The notes: generated by a model not told the origin, from the letters alone. A stretch of 64,000 nt of DNA from Clostridiales bacterium (GCA_004556165.1 SFIR01000006.1:854-64853); one strand, 5' to 3'; counted from the first letter of the stretch, positions 8,792 through 18,363 are shown. Numbers and translations are program-made.

Positions 8792-9033
8792 TATGTGACT
8801 ACTTAAAAGGTCGGGTTATTTTCGGGTACGATTTTGCACCTGATTTGGTCGATCCTTTATATCTCATTCTCGTATTTTTCGTTCCTGAGCGGAGGCTTTG
8901 CGGTTCTTATGTTGCCGAGGCTGCATTGTTCCTATCTATCGGAAATGAAGAATGCCCGGTGAGGTTCATGGTAGTTATACCAACCCTCTGCGCAGATGCG
9001 CAAAAGAATTATTTTAGGAGGATAAAGCAAAAC

Positions 9034-11730
9034 ATGAACACAAAGAGATTCTTTGCACTGCTGCTGGCTCTCGTTATGGTTATGGCTCTTGTCGCTTGCG
9101 GTAAGAAAGGCGACAACACTCCCGATCCTAACGCGACCCCTGACCCCAATGCAAACGTGACTCCCAACCCTGAAGAGCCCACCGATGAGCCCTCCGGTGA
9201 TCCTACTGTGGAACCCACTCAGGCTCCCGAAGCATCAAGACCCAAGCCCACCGCTGAACCCGGTGAAAACGGCATTGAGTATCCCGAATTCGATGTCGGC
9301 GGTGTTGTTGCAAACCTCGGTTCTTCTGACGGCGGCGAAGTCAGCTATGATGTATATGCAGGTGTGGAAGGTAAGGACTATACCGACCCCAAGTATTACA
9401 CCTATCGTGACTATACCACTTCCACCTCCGGTCTGAACTGGAGCCCCCTCCAGTGGGAGACCAACGAAGATAGTGCTATCCTTGACTACATCACCGATGG
9501 TTTCTATAACTTTGCTCTTAATGCAACCGCTGATGGTTGGGCAGTAACCATGAACATGGCTGCTGAAATGGCAGAGGATGTAACCGCTCAGTATGTCGGC
9601 CAGTATGGCATTCAGGAAGGCGATGTCGGTAAGGCATGGAGGATTCCCCTCAACCAGCTCGCAGCTTGGGAAGACGGTACCCCCATCAATGCTGATACCT
9701 ATATCTATTCTTATCAGCAGCTCCTCGATCCTATTCAGCTGAACAGGCGTGCTGACTCCCTCTATGCAGGCGAATCCCGCGTTTACGGCGCAAAGGAATA
9801 CTTCTATGCCGGCACCACCAATTTCAATGAGTGCGCAGGCCAGTATGCATTTGCAGACCTCGTAAAGGGCGAAGATGGCAACTACTATTCTCCCGACGGC
9901 AACGCAATGTACTGGGCAGTTAACTTCCCCCTCAATGAATATCTCGGCGGCAACACCCTCGTTGCATATGTCGATAATTACGGCGATGCATACTTCGGAA
10001 TGGAGACCTGGGAAGATCTCGTTGCTCTCGTTGACGAGAACGGCCTTGTACCCATCAACGATGAGACCTATGCTCTCTTCGCACCCGTAACCTGCAGCAA
10101 TCCCGCATGGGGCGAGACCGAAGATGACCTCGGCAACTATTTTGTTGCGGAGATCAACTACGGCGAATATTCCTGGGACGATGTCGGTATCATCAAGACC
10201 GGCGATTATGAGCTCGTATTCGTATATGTAACTCCTATCGCTGATCCTAACTACTACATCCCCTATTACATGAGCTCCACCTACCTCGTATACGAGCCCC
10301 TCTTCGAGAGCTGCAAGACCTACACCGATGCTAACGGCAACGTTACCGATGATCCTTCAAAGGCAGTCAACGTAACCAACGTTTACGGCACCGATCTTCA
10401 GTACACCATGTCCTATGGTCCTTACAAACTCTCCACCTTCCAGCTCGATAAGGAATACAAGCTCACCCGTAACGAGAATTGGTACGGCTACAAGGACGGC
10501 AAGCATCTCGGCCAGTATCAGATGGACGAAATGGTTGTTACCGTTGTTGAGAATACGGCAACCGCTCTCATGCTCTTCGAGCAGGGCAACCTCGACAACA
10601 CCGGCCTCACCGCTGATGATATGGAGAAGTACGGCACCAGCCAGTACATCCGTTACAACCCCCAGAGCTACACCACCAAGCTGACCTTCAACACTGACGA
10701 AGAAGCTCTCGCAGAGCGTGGCACCCAGATCCTCGGCAACCTCTATTTCCGTAAGGGCTTCTCCCTTGCAATCAACAGGGCTGAGTATGTTCAGAAGCAC
10801 ACCTCCGCAGCATCCGCCGGTTATGGTCTGCTCAACTACATGTATGTTTACGATCCCTTCACCGGTGCTTCCTATCGTGGAAACGACGCCGCTAAGGACG
10901 CTCTCTGCTGCCTCTATGGCCTCACCTACGGCGAGGACGGCGAGTATGAAGATATTGAAGATGCATACGATGCAATCACCGGTTACGATATGGAAGCCGC
11001 TCGTGAGTGCATGAATATCGCAGCAACCCAGGCTGTCAACGATGGTCTCTGGGATGGCACCTCCAATATCGAGCTCACCCTCAGCGTATATCAGTCCACC
11101 GATGACTATGTTAAGATGTTCAACTTCTTCAAGGTAGCTCTTGAGGAAGCTTGCGTAGGCACTCCCCTTGAAGGCAAGGTAACCCTTGTTATGAAGGCTG
11201 ATGAGGACTACTATGAGACCATGTATTCCGGTCTTACCGACATCATCTTCTCCACTTGGGGCGGCGCAACCTATGGCGGCTTCACTCTCCTCTATGAGTG
11301 CTACGCTGACGCAGGCATCAACAGCGATCCCAACCAGATGGAGTATGGCTTCGACACCAGCAAGGTTAAGGTCACCATGACCATCAACGGCGTTGAGTTC
11401 ACCGAATCCCTCCAGGATTGGGCACGTTGGTTCGACGCTGATGACATTACCATCGTTTCCAACGACGGTTCCGTCACCCTTGCACCGTTTGCAGATTATG
11501 ATGCAGACTCCCGCTGCGCAATGTTCGCAAAGCTTGAGTATGTATACCTTGCAAACTACGCCACCACCCCCATCTACTACAGGAACTCTGCATTCCTCGT
11601 ATCCCAGAAGGGCGACTATGCAGTACAGCTCTACACTGACCTTATCGGCTTCGCCGGTATGCAGTTCTACACCTTCAATTACGATGATACCGAATGGGCA
11701 AACGTAGTTGCAGGCGGTCTGACCTACTAA
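9034..11730 (+). CDS. ABC transporter substrate-binding lipoprotein, family 5 (OppA/DppA-like), unusually large (~898 aa)
   Basis: AGGAGG SD then MNTKRFFALLLALVMVMALVACGKKG lipobox, a Pro/Thr/Asp linker, then a family-5 SBP-like body. First gene of the opp-like operon. The ORF-track start 8845 has no SD. Confidence 0.85.
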   Translation: MNTKRFFALLLALVMVMALVACGKKGDNTPDPNATPDPNANVTPNPEEPTDEPSGDPTVEPTQAPEASRPKPTAEPGENGIEYPEFDVGGVVANLGSSDGGEVSYDVYAGVEGKDYTDPKYYTYRDYTTSTSGLNWSPLQWETNEDSAILDYITDGFYNFALNATADGWAVTMNMAAEMAEDVTAQYVGQYGIQEGDVGKAWRIPLNQLAAWEDGTPINADTYIYSYQQLLDPIQLNRRADSLYAGESRVYGAKEYFYAGTTNFNECAGQYAFADLVKGEDGNYYSPDGNAMYWAVNFPLNEYLGGNTLVAYVDNYGDAYFGMETWEDLVALVDENGLVPINDETYALFAPVTCSNPAWGETEDDLGNYFVAEINYGEYSWDDVGIIKTGDYELVFVYVTPIADPNYYIPYYMSSTYLVYEPLFESCKTYTDANGNVTDDPSKAVNVTNVYGTDLQYTMSYGPYKLSTFQLDKEYKLTRNENWYGYKDGKHLGQYQMDEMVVTVVENTATALMLFEQGNLDNTGLTADDMEKYGTSQYIRYNPQSYTTKLTFNTDEEALAERGTQILGNLYFRKGFSLAINRAEYVQKHTSAASAGYGLLNYMYVYDPFTGASYRGNDAAKDALCCLYGLTYGEDGEYEDIEDAYDAITGYDMEAARECMNIAATQAVNDGLWDGTSNIELTLSVYQSTDDYVKMFNFFKVALEEACVGTPLEGKVTLVMKADEDYYETMYSGLTDIIFSTWGGATYGGFTLLYECYADAGINSDPNQMEYGFDTSKVKVTMTINGVEFTESLQDWARWFDADDITIVSNDGSVTLAPFADYDADSRCAMFAKLEYVYLANYATTPIYYRNSAFLVSQKGDYAVQLYTDLIGFAGMQFYTFNYDDTEWANVVAGGLTY

Positions 11731-11763
11731 TTCTTATAGATCAGATTATCTGTTAACAACAAA

Positions 11764-11801
11764 ATTACGCAATCATGAGCTTCGGCTCATGATTGCGTAA
11801 T
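11764..11801 (+). promoter_or_regulatory. perfect 17-bp stem-loop between the SBP and permease genes (mRNA stabiliser / attenuator)
   Basis: ATTACGCAATCATGAGC-TTCG-GCTCATGATTGCGTAAT. No T-tract follows. Confidence 0.6.
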
Positions 11802-11978
11802 GACTTGAATGGAAATTTCCATGAGGCTAAACGAACTATTATTAGTGCGTAGACTTGATGGGGAATCTCCGTACGAGCTTTTGATCCATCAGGTGAACTT
11901 CAGATTCAGACAAATATGGCTCTTCAAAAGCCGTAGACATATATACTTTCTAATCTCTCTTGAAAGGTAAAACAGGCT

Positions 11979-12932
11979 ATGCTCAAATACGTTTTGAAGC
12001 GAATCGGATTGATGGTCTTTACTTTTTTGATCATCGTAACGATATGCTTTATTCTTGTCAAGTTGCTTCCTCTGCCTGCTATCAAAGAACTCGGTAAAGA
12101 TACGCAGACCATTCTGAGGAAACGTGAAGCAATGGGCTATAATAAACCGATTATGGTCCAATACTGGCGCTACTGGACGCATCTTATCAAAGGTGACATG
12201 GGCGTCGGTGAACAGATGTACGCGGCACTGAATGTATGGGATGTCATGATGCAGAAGATCCCGTATACAATTGTTGTCAATCTGTATTCAATTCTGATAG
12301 CAATTCCGCTTGGCTTGATCTTAGGTATCTTTGCCGCACTTAAGAAAAACAAATGGCAGGATCACTTGCTTTCAACATTGGTTATGGTCTTCATTTCGGT
12401 ACCTTCCTATGTTTATGCATTCTTGGTACAGTATTTGTTGTGCTATAAAGCAGGCTGGTTTCCTATGCTTGTCGCACCGGAATCCGAAGCAACGCTGTTC
12501 AGCTGGAAGATGTTCGTATCAATGTGTCCTGCTATCATTTCCCTCGGCTTCGGTACTGTTGCCGGTCTGACTCGTTTCACCCGTGCAGAGCTTGCCGAAG
12601 TTCTTACCGGTGACTATCTGCTGCTTGCGCGAACCAAGGGCCTTACGAGAAATCAGGCTATCATTCGCCATGCTCTTCGTAACGCCATGGTACCCATCGT
12701 TCCTATGATACTTTCTCAGTTCGTTGGTATTCTCGGCGGTTCGCTCATCATTGAGCAGATTTTCAGTATCCCGGGCATCGGTAAGCTTTATATCACATCA
12801 ATTCAGGTTCGTGACTATAACTTCTTCATGGCTGACACCGTATTCTATACCTTGATCGGCCTTGCTTCCGGTCTTGTAATGGACCTCAGTTACGGCTTCA
12901 TTGATCCGAGAATCAGGATGGGAGAGCGCTAA
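11979..12932 (+). CDS. ABC transporter permease (OppB/DppB-like)
   Basis: 317 aa. MLKYVLKRIGLMVFTFLIIVTICFILV N-terminus and an EAA-like loop (LARTKGLTRNQAIIRHALRNA) typical of OppB. Confidence 0.9.
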   Translation: MLKYVLKRIGLMVFTFLIIVTICFILVKLLPLPAIKELGKDTQTILRKREAMGYNKPIMVQYWRYWTHLIKGDMGVGEQMYAALNVWDVMMQKIPYTIVVNLYSILIAIPLGLILGIFAALKKNKWQDHLLSTLVMVFISVPSYVYAFLVQYLLCYKAGWFPMLVAPESEATLFSWKMFVSMCPAIISLGFGTVAGLTRFTRAELAEVLTGDYLLLARTKGLTRNQAIIRHALRNAMVPIVPMILSQFVGILGGSLIIEQIFSIPGIGKLYITSIQVRDYNFFMADTVFYTLIGLASGLVMDLSYGFIDPRIRMGER

Positions 12933-12933
12933 T

Positions 12934-14556
12934 ATGGAAACAAAAAAGAATGATTACATGAACATACCGGCGGATCGGTTTGAACCTGCCGTCAGGGATG
13001 AGAAGATCTTCGATAAGAAGTTTGAATCAAAACCCATCGGCTATTTCAAGGATGCAATGATCCGCTTTGCCAAGAACAAAAGCTCCTTGGTCGCTGCTTT
13101 CATAATTGCAATCCTGCTTTTGTTCGCTATCATCGTTCCGTTTTTCTCCAAATACAGCGTTGACGCAAAATCGAAGGAAAACGACTCGGCATATTCTCAG
13201 GTGCTTCCCAAGAGCACGCTCTTTGCATGGGCAGGCTGGGACGGCTGCAAAAAGGATAAGAAAACTCAGGGCGGTTATGACTACCTGAACTCAATCGGTC
13301 AGGAAGTATACACCCTGAACGATGAAGGTGAAAGGGTTGCCAACGAAGATGCCATGGCAATCAAGAAGGTTTACGGCTCTTTCATCGATGAGCTTACCGG
13401 CGAGAAATTCTATAATGTATACGTAGATTCATACGCAAAGGTCGGCTTCATGTTCAAAGACCTGAGCGAAGCCGAGTATAAGGCGCTACAGGCATACCAG
13501 AATGAAACCGGTATCCAGGTAATGTACCCCATTCCCGCAACCTATAAGACCAATTTCTCCGCTGTCAGCTCTGCAAACGTATGGTATAAGCTGGCTAATG
13601 AAGTTGAGACCTCGACCGGTGAAGCTGCCGAACATGATGAGGACGGCAATCCCATCTATGAAGCAAATTACCGCACTAAGGAGAATAAGAATGCTGCCGA
13701 CTATGACAGCATTCGCATAAGTGATGAGCCCGAAGCTGACGGCAAGTGGGCAGTGTACGCTGTCAAGAACCAGTCCGGCTACAAAGTCCGTGTTCTTTAC
13801 AGTGAATACTACTACTACGAGCGCTACGTTGAGTCCGGAAATGTTAAGGGCTTCTACCCCTACCATCTCTTCGGCACCAACCAGTTCGGTCAGGATATCT
13901 TTGTTTGCCTTGCATCCGGCGCAAGACTTTCATTCATCCTTGCTTTCTCCGTATCCGCTATCAACTTCATCATCGGTATCGCATACGGCTCCATCGAAGG
14001 TTACTATGGCGGCGCTATCGACCTCATTCTTGAGCGTGTATCCGATATTCTGAGTTCGGTACCCTTCGTCGTTGTTGCAACCCTGTTCAACCTGCATTTG
14101 GCAGATAGGGTCGGGCCTTTGGTCAGCTTGCTGTTCGCGTTCGTGCTAACGGGTTGGACCGGCATTGCATACCGCGTCAGGACTCAGTTCTATCGCTTCA
14201 AGGGTTCCGAGTATGTTCTTGCAGCTCGCACCCTCGGCGCAAGCGACTCAAGGCTGATCTTCCGCCACATTCTTCCCAACTCCTTAGGTACTATCATTAC
14301 CGCTACGATCCTGATTATTCCCGGCGTTATCTTCAGTGAATCCATGCTGTCCTATTTGAACATCATCGACCTGCAGACCTCCGGTATGACTTCAATCGGT
14401 ACCATGCTCAGCGGCGGTAATGCATTGCTCAGCACTTATCCGCACATCATCTTCTTCCCCGCACTGTTCATCGCTCTGTTGGAGATATCCTTCAACCTGT
14501 TCGGTAACGGCTTGAGAGATGCATTCAATCCTTCACTGAGAGGAGCTGACGAATAA
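12934..14556 (+). CDS. ABC transporter permease (OppC/DppC-like) with a ~240-aa extracytoplasmic insertion
   Basis: ATG 12934 right after the OppB stop. TM1, a long hydrophilic segment, then LFGTNQFGQDIF and an OppC core with EAA loop (AARTLGASDSRLIFRHILPN). Confidence 0.85.
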   Translation: METKKNDYMNIPADRFEPAVRDEKIFDKKFESKPIGYFKDAMIRFAKNKSSLVAAFIIAILLLFAIIVPFFSKYSVDAKSKENDSAYSQVLPKSTLFAWAGWDGCKKDKKTQGGYDYLNSIGQEVYTLNDEGERVANEDAMAIKKVYGSFIDELTGEKFYNVYVDSYAKVGFMFKDLSEAEYKALQAYQNETGIQVMYPIPATYKTNFSAVSSANVWYKLANEVETSTGEAAEHDEDGNPIYEANYRTKENKNAADYDSIRISDEPEADGKWAVYAVKNQSGYKVRVLYSEYYYYERYVESGNVKGFYPYHLFGTNQFGQDIFVCLASGARLSFILAFSVSAINFIIGIAYGSIEGYYGGAIDLILERVSDILSSVPFVVVATLFNLHLADRVGPLVSLLFAFVLTGWTGIAYRVRTQFYRFKGSEYVLAARTLGASDSRLIFRHILPNSLGTIITATILIIPGVIFSESMLSYLNIIDLQTSGMTSIGTMLSGGNALLSTYPHIIFFPALFIALLEISFNLFGNGLRDAFNPSLRGADE

Positions 14557-16709
14557 TGGCAGAAAAGAAACTTGAAGTAAAAGATTTAACTATTTCGTTT
14601 AAAACAACCAACGGTAAGGTACAGGCAGTACGCGATGTAAGCTTTGATCTGTATTCCGGAGAAACCCTCGCTATCGTCGGTGAGTCCGGCTCCGGCAAGT
14701 CCGTTACCAGCCGTGCCATCATGGGTATTCTTGCCGGCAACGCCATCAAAGAGGGCGGTAAGATTTTGTACGGCGATAAGGATCTCATGAAGACCCCCGA
14801 GGACGAATTCCATAAGGTTCGCGGAGATAAGATAGCAATGGTCTTCCAGGATCCGCTGTCCAGTCTGAACCCGATTATGAGGATCGGCAAGCAGCTGACC
14901 GAGGCAATGCTTCTTAAGAACAAGGCTTCGAGGAAGCAGAGCCGAAAGGACATGAATACCATGTTCAAAGCCCTCGGCGAGCGCATGCGCGGAGCCGGCG
15001 TTCAGGATGCAGACAAGTCCCTTGCTGAGTTCAAAAAGTTTGTAATGACTCAGTGCAGGATTGAAACCGCATATTCCGCAGCCTATGCAGCAGCTCAGGA
15101 AGCCGACGCTATAACGGACAACATGATCCTGTATCTTAAGAATAAGTCGGGATCATCCGCTCTTCAGGATGCTTCGACTCTGATTGCAGCTGCAAAGAGG
15201 ACAAAGAATCACTTCGTTGTAGACAGTGATTATGATGTTCTTGTTAATAATCTTAACCGGCTGAAGGCTACTCTCAAGACCGAGATTAAGAAGGTTGACT
15301 TTACCGAGAGCATTGCTGTTCTCAACAACATATCAGCTATTGTCAAAAAGGCTGTTGCCAAGGAGCGTCTTAATACCTTTACCCTTGGTTACTATCTCAC
15401 CTACTGCGACAAGCAGATCCCCGATATGGAGATCGGTCAGCTGAATGCGATGACAAGGCAGAGGCTTGAAACGGAGTTTATGAATGAATTCCTCCGCAAG
15501 ACTGAGCTTGCCGCCAAGCATTCCATGGAAATCACCGATGCTGCCCGCCGTGATGCGATAGCTGTTTTGACCGAGCTGCTCCCCGTGGTAGATAATGATG
15601 ATCCCAAGAAGGCAGAAGTCATTGAAGCTACCAAGAAGATGAAGGCAAAGGTCGCTATCTGCATTGATCCTCTCGAAGTGGATAAGGACAGCCTCACCTA
15701 TACCTTCCCGACCTCAATGGATTATGCAATCGACCTCTACTTCGGCGGTGCGAAGAAGAATGCAAAGGAAGAAAGGCGTTATAACCGTTCCTACGCGAAG
15801 CATGAGGCCATCATTGCAAGGGGCAAGACTCCTGATTGGGAAGTCATTCCCGCTTCCTATGTTGACCTTGATGCCGCAAGAAGGGATATTGCAGATACCG
15901 TGAAGGAGCTTATCGCTCATATGCAGGCTCAGCTTGATGCAAATGCAAATCCCGATTTCGCGGCAAGAGCAAATGAAATCATAGATTTCCTCAAGGAAAA
16001 AGCGCAGGATTCCGTAAACAAGATAACCAGAGGCGCAGCCCGTGAGAAGGCTATCAAGCTAATGGAGAGCGTAGGTATTGATGATCCCCGCCGCAGGTTC
16101 AAGCAGTATCCGTTTGAGTTCTCCGGCGGTATGCGCCAGCGTATCGTTATCGCTATCGCTCTTACGGCTAACCCCGATATTCTGATCTGTGATGAGCCCA
16201 CCACCGCTCTTGACGTTACCATTCAGGCTCAGATCCTTGAGCTCATCAATAAGCTCAAGAAGGATAGGGATCTCTCCGTTATCTTCATCACCCATGACCT
16301 CGGCGTTGTTGCCAACATGGCTGATAGGGTAGCCGTAATGTATGCAGGCAAGATCGTAGAATACGGCACTGCTTCCGATATCTTCTATAATCCTGCTCAT
16401 CCGTACACTTGGGCGTTGCTTTCCTCCGTTCCCGATCTCGAGACCAAGGAAAAGCTCGAGTCCATTCCCGGTACTCCTCCTAACATGATTTATCCGCCCA
16501 AGGGCGATGCTTTTGCAGCGAGAAATAAGTATGCTCTCAAGATCGACTTTGAAGAGCAGCCCCCCATGTTCAAGATTAGCGATACTCACTATGCTGCGAC
16601 ATGGCTCCTGCATCCCAATGCGCCCCATATTGATCCTCCCAAGGTAATCACCGAAAGGATCCAGAGAATGCACCATCAACATGAAACTGAAGGAGGCGAA
16701 AACAAATGA
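14556..16709 (+). CDS. ABC transporter ATP-binding protein (OppD-like) with a ~360-aa helical insertion
   Basis: Walker A GESGSGKS (aa 42-49), Q-loop MVFQDP (aa ~95-100), signature FSGGMRQR only at aa ~522, Walker B LICDEPTTALD, C-terminal oligopeptide-ABC tail (YNPAHPYTWALLSSVP). TAATG overlap with OppC. Confidence 0.85.
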   Translation: MAEKKLEVKDLTISFKTTNGKVQAVRDVSFDLYSGETLAIVGESGSGKSVTSRAIMGILAGNAIKEGGKILYGDKDLMKTPEDEFHKVRGDKIAMVFQDPLSSLNPIMRIGKQLTEAMLLKNKASRKQSRKDMNTMFKALGERMRGAGVQDADKSLAEFKKFVMTQCRIETAYSAAYAAAQEADAITDNMILYLKNKSGSSALQDASTLIAAAKRTKNHFVVDSDYDVLVNNLNRLKATLKTEIKKVDFTESIAVLNNISAIVKKAVAKERLNTFTLGYYLTYCDKQIPDMEIGQLNAMTRQRLETEFMNEFLRKTELAAKHSMEITDAARRDAIAVLTELLPVVDNDDPKKAEVIEATKKMKAKVAICIDPLEVDKDSLTYTFPTSMDYAIDLYFGGAKKNAKEERRYNRSYAKHEAIIARGKTPDWEVIPASYVDLDAARRDIADTVKELIAHMQAQLDANANPDFAARANEIIDFLKEKAQDSVNKITRGAAREKAIKLMESVGIDDPRRRFKQYPFEFSGGMRQRIVIAIALTANPDILICDEPTTALDVTIQAQILELINKLKKDRDLSVIFITHDLGVVANMADRVAVMYAGKIVEYGTASDIFYNPAHPYTWALLSSVPDLETKEKLESIPGTPPNMIYPPKGDAFAARNKYALKIDFEEQPPMFKISDTHYAATWLLHPNAPHIDPPKVITERIQRMHHQHETEGGENK

Positions 16710-17815
16710 GTGTAAATGAAAATGATGTTTTGCTCAAGGTAGAACACCTTTGCATGTATTTCGGCCCCAAGAAGGCTGTGAACGATGTTTCCTTCGATAT
16801 TCATCGCGGTGAAGTTTTCGGCCTCGTCGGCGAATCCGGCTGCGGTAAGACCACTACCGGCCGTACCATAATCAAGCTGTATAATGCAACCTCCGGTAAT
16901 GTTTATTTCAAAGGCCGCCGTATCGTAGCAGGAACGAAATCCTATAAGGATGAGATTAAGAAGCTCCGTGCTAAAAAGAAGCAGTCCAAGGATCAGAATG
17001 AGATTGCGGAATGCAATGAGCGCATTGCGGAGCTTAAAAAGGAGATCGAGCTTGCAAAGCATGACCAGAAGAATTGCGATAAGGATTACCGCAAGGATAT
17101 GGCAGCAGCCGGCACTCCCGTTCGTAAGGGTGAACGTCTTGTCACCAAGATACAGATGATCTATCAGGACCCCGTTGCATCTCTTGACCCCCGTATGACG
17201 GTTGAGGAGATAATCGCCGAGGGCCTGAAGATTCAAGGAATTAAGGACAAGAAGTACATAAGAGAACAGGTCATTGAAATGCTTGAAACCGTTGGTCTTG
17301 TTCGTGAGCATGCCACCCGTTATCCTCATGAGTTCTCCGGCGGTCAGCGTCAGCGTATAGGTATCGCGCGCTCCATCATCATGAAGCCCGAGATGATAAT
17401 TGCCGACGAACCCATTTCGGCTCTTGACGTTTCTATTCGTGCGCAGGTCATCAATCTGCTAAATGATCTCAGGGAGTCAATGGGCCTCACGATCATGTTC
17501 ATAGCGCATGACCTCTCCGTCGTCAAGTACTTCTCCGATCGCATCGGCGTCATGTACTTCGGTGATATGGTTGAGCTTGCAGATTCCGATGAGCTGTTCA
17601 AGCATCCTCTGCATCCCTACACCCGTTCGCTGCTCTCAGCTATTCCTCTCCCCGATCCCGAGATGGAAAAGAACCGCGTGCGTATTCGTTATAACCCCAA
17701 GGTCGATCACGAGTACACCACAGAGGTTCCCGAGTTCCGCGAGGTCTGCCCCGGGCATTTCGTCCGCTGCACCATGAAGGAATACGAGAAGTATCTCCAG
17801 CAGGTAAAAGAATAA
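16706..17815 (+). CDS. ABC transporter ATP-binding protein (OppF-like) with a ~60-aa charged insertion
   Basis: Walker A GESGCGKTT, Q-loop IYQDP displaced to aa ~152-156, FSGGQRQR, IADEPISALD, HPLHPYTRSLLSAIP tail. ATGA overlap with OppD. Confidence 0.9.
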   Translation: MSVNENDVLLKVEHLCMYFGPKKAVNDVSFDIHRGEVFGLVGESGCGKTTTGRTIIKLYNATSGNVYFKGRRIVAGTKSYKDEIKKLRAKKKQSKDQNEIAECNERIAELKKEIELAKHDQKNCDKDYRKDMAAAGTPVRKGERLVTKIQMIYQDPVASLDPRMTVEEIIAEGLKIQGIKDKKYIREQVIEMLETVGLVREHATRYPHEFSGGQRQRIGIARSIIMKPEMIIADEPISALDVSIRAQVINLLNDLRESMGLTIMFIAHDLSVVKYFSDRIGVMYFGDMVELADSDELFKHPLHPYTRSLLSAIPLPDPEMEKNRVRIRYNPKVDHEYTTEVPEFREVCPGHFVRCTMKEYEKYLQQVKE

Positions 17816-17817
17816 TT

Positions 17818-17866
17818 TGAATTCTTCGGGCGCAGCATAAACATATAATGCTGCGCCCGAATTCTA
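17818..17866 (+). terminator. terminator of the opp-like operon
   Basis: CGGGCGCAGCAT-N9-ATGCTGCGCCCG core, extended by flanking GAATTC arms. Confidence 0.55.
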
Positions 17867-17876
17867 TCTTAACAAC

Positions 17877-18311
17877 ATGGAAAAAGAAAAGAAAGAAAGA
17901 AAAAATCATCCGCTGCTGCTGAGGTATCTCATATCCTTTGCCGTCGCTGCACTCATGGCACTCGGAGTTATGAGTATTAGGGGTCTGTTTTCAGGCGAAG
18001 AAATGAGCCTGTATGATACCTATAAGGCACTTTGCGACGGCTTTTTTGTCGCAGGAATTCTGATGCTGTGCTTCGGCTGTATTGTTTTCGTGGCGCAGGA
18101 AGGCGCATTTGATGCGCTGCGCTTCGTCGGTCACAGCCTGATTGGTCTGCTTAAAAAAAGAAGGCCGGGCGAAAAAAGCGAGACCTATGCGGATTATAAG
18201 GAAAAGCTCGCTAAAAAAGGAAAAGGCAAGTTCTTTTATATGATCATTGTCGGAGCGGTTTTCGTTGCTGTGGCAGCGATATTCCTGCTCCTGTCGGAAA
18301 GCCTATTGTGA
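17877..18311 (+). CDS. small membrane protein (DUF3899-like)
   Basis: 144 aa with 3-4 TMs and a central EGAFDALRFVGHSLIGLLKKRR segment resembling DUF3899 as I recall it. Terminator follows. Confidence 0.55.
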   Translation: MEKEKKERKNHPLLLRYLISFAVAALMALGVMSIRGLFSGEEMSLYDTYKALCDGFFVAGILMLCFGCIVFVAQEGAFDALRFVGHSLIGLLKKRRPGEKSETYADYKEKLAKKGKGKFFYMIIVGAVFVAVAAIFLLLSESLL

Positions 18312-18327
18312 TTAAACCAAAATAACT

Positions 18328-18363
18328 GCGAGCCGTCCGAAGTTCTCGGGCGGCTCGCTTTTT
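18328..18363. terminator. terminator between the convergent DUF3899-like and amylase genes
   Basis: GCGAGCCGTCCG-AAGTTCT-CGGGCGGCTCGC followed by TTTTT. Confidence 0.65.

Noticed and set aside
8845-9033. N-terminal extensions of the longest ORFs. Examples: 8845 for the SBP, 4782, 22121..23731, 26064, 30948, 33432, 37011, 39447, 40812, 42309, 49942, 50140, 53780 and 56139.
   Set aside because: In each case a downstream start has a good SD and gives the expected family N-terminus or signal peptide/lipobox. Often a near-consensus promoter or the preceding gene occupies the extension.
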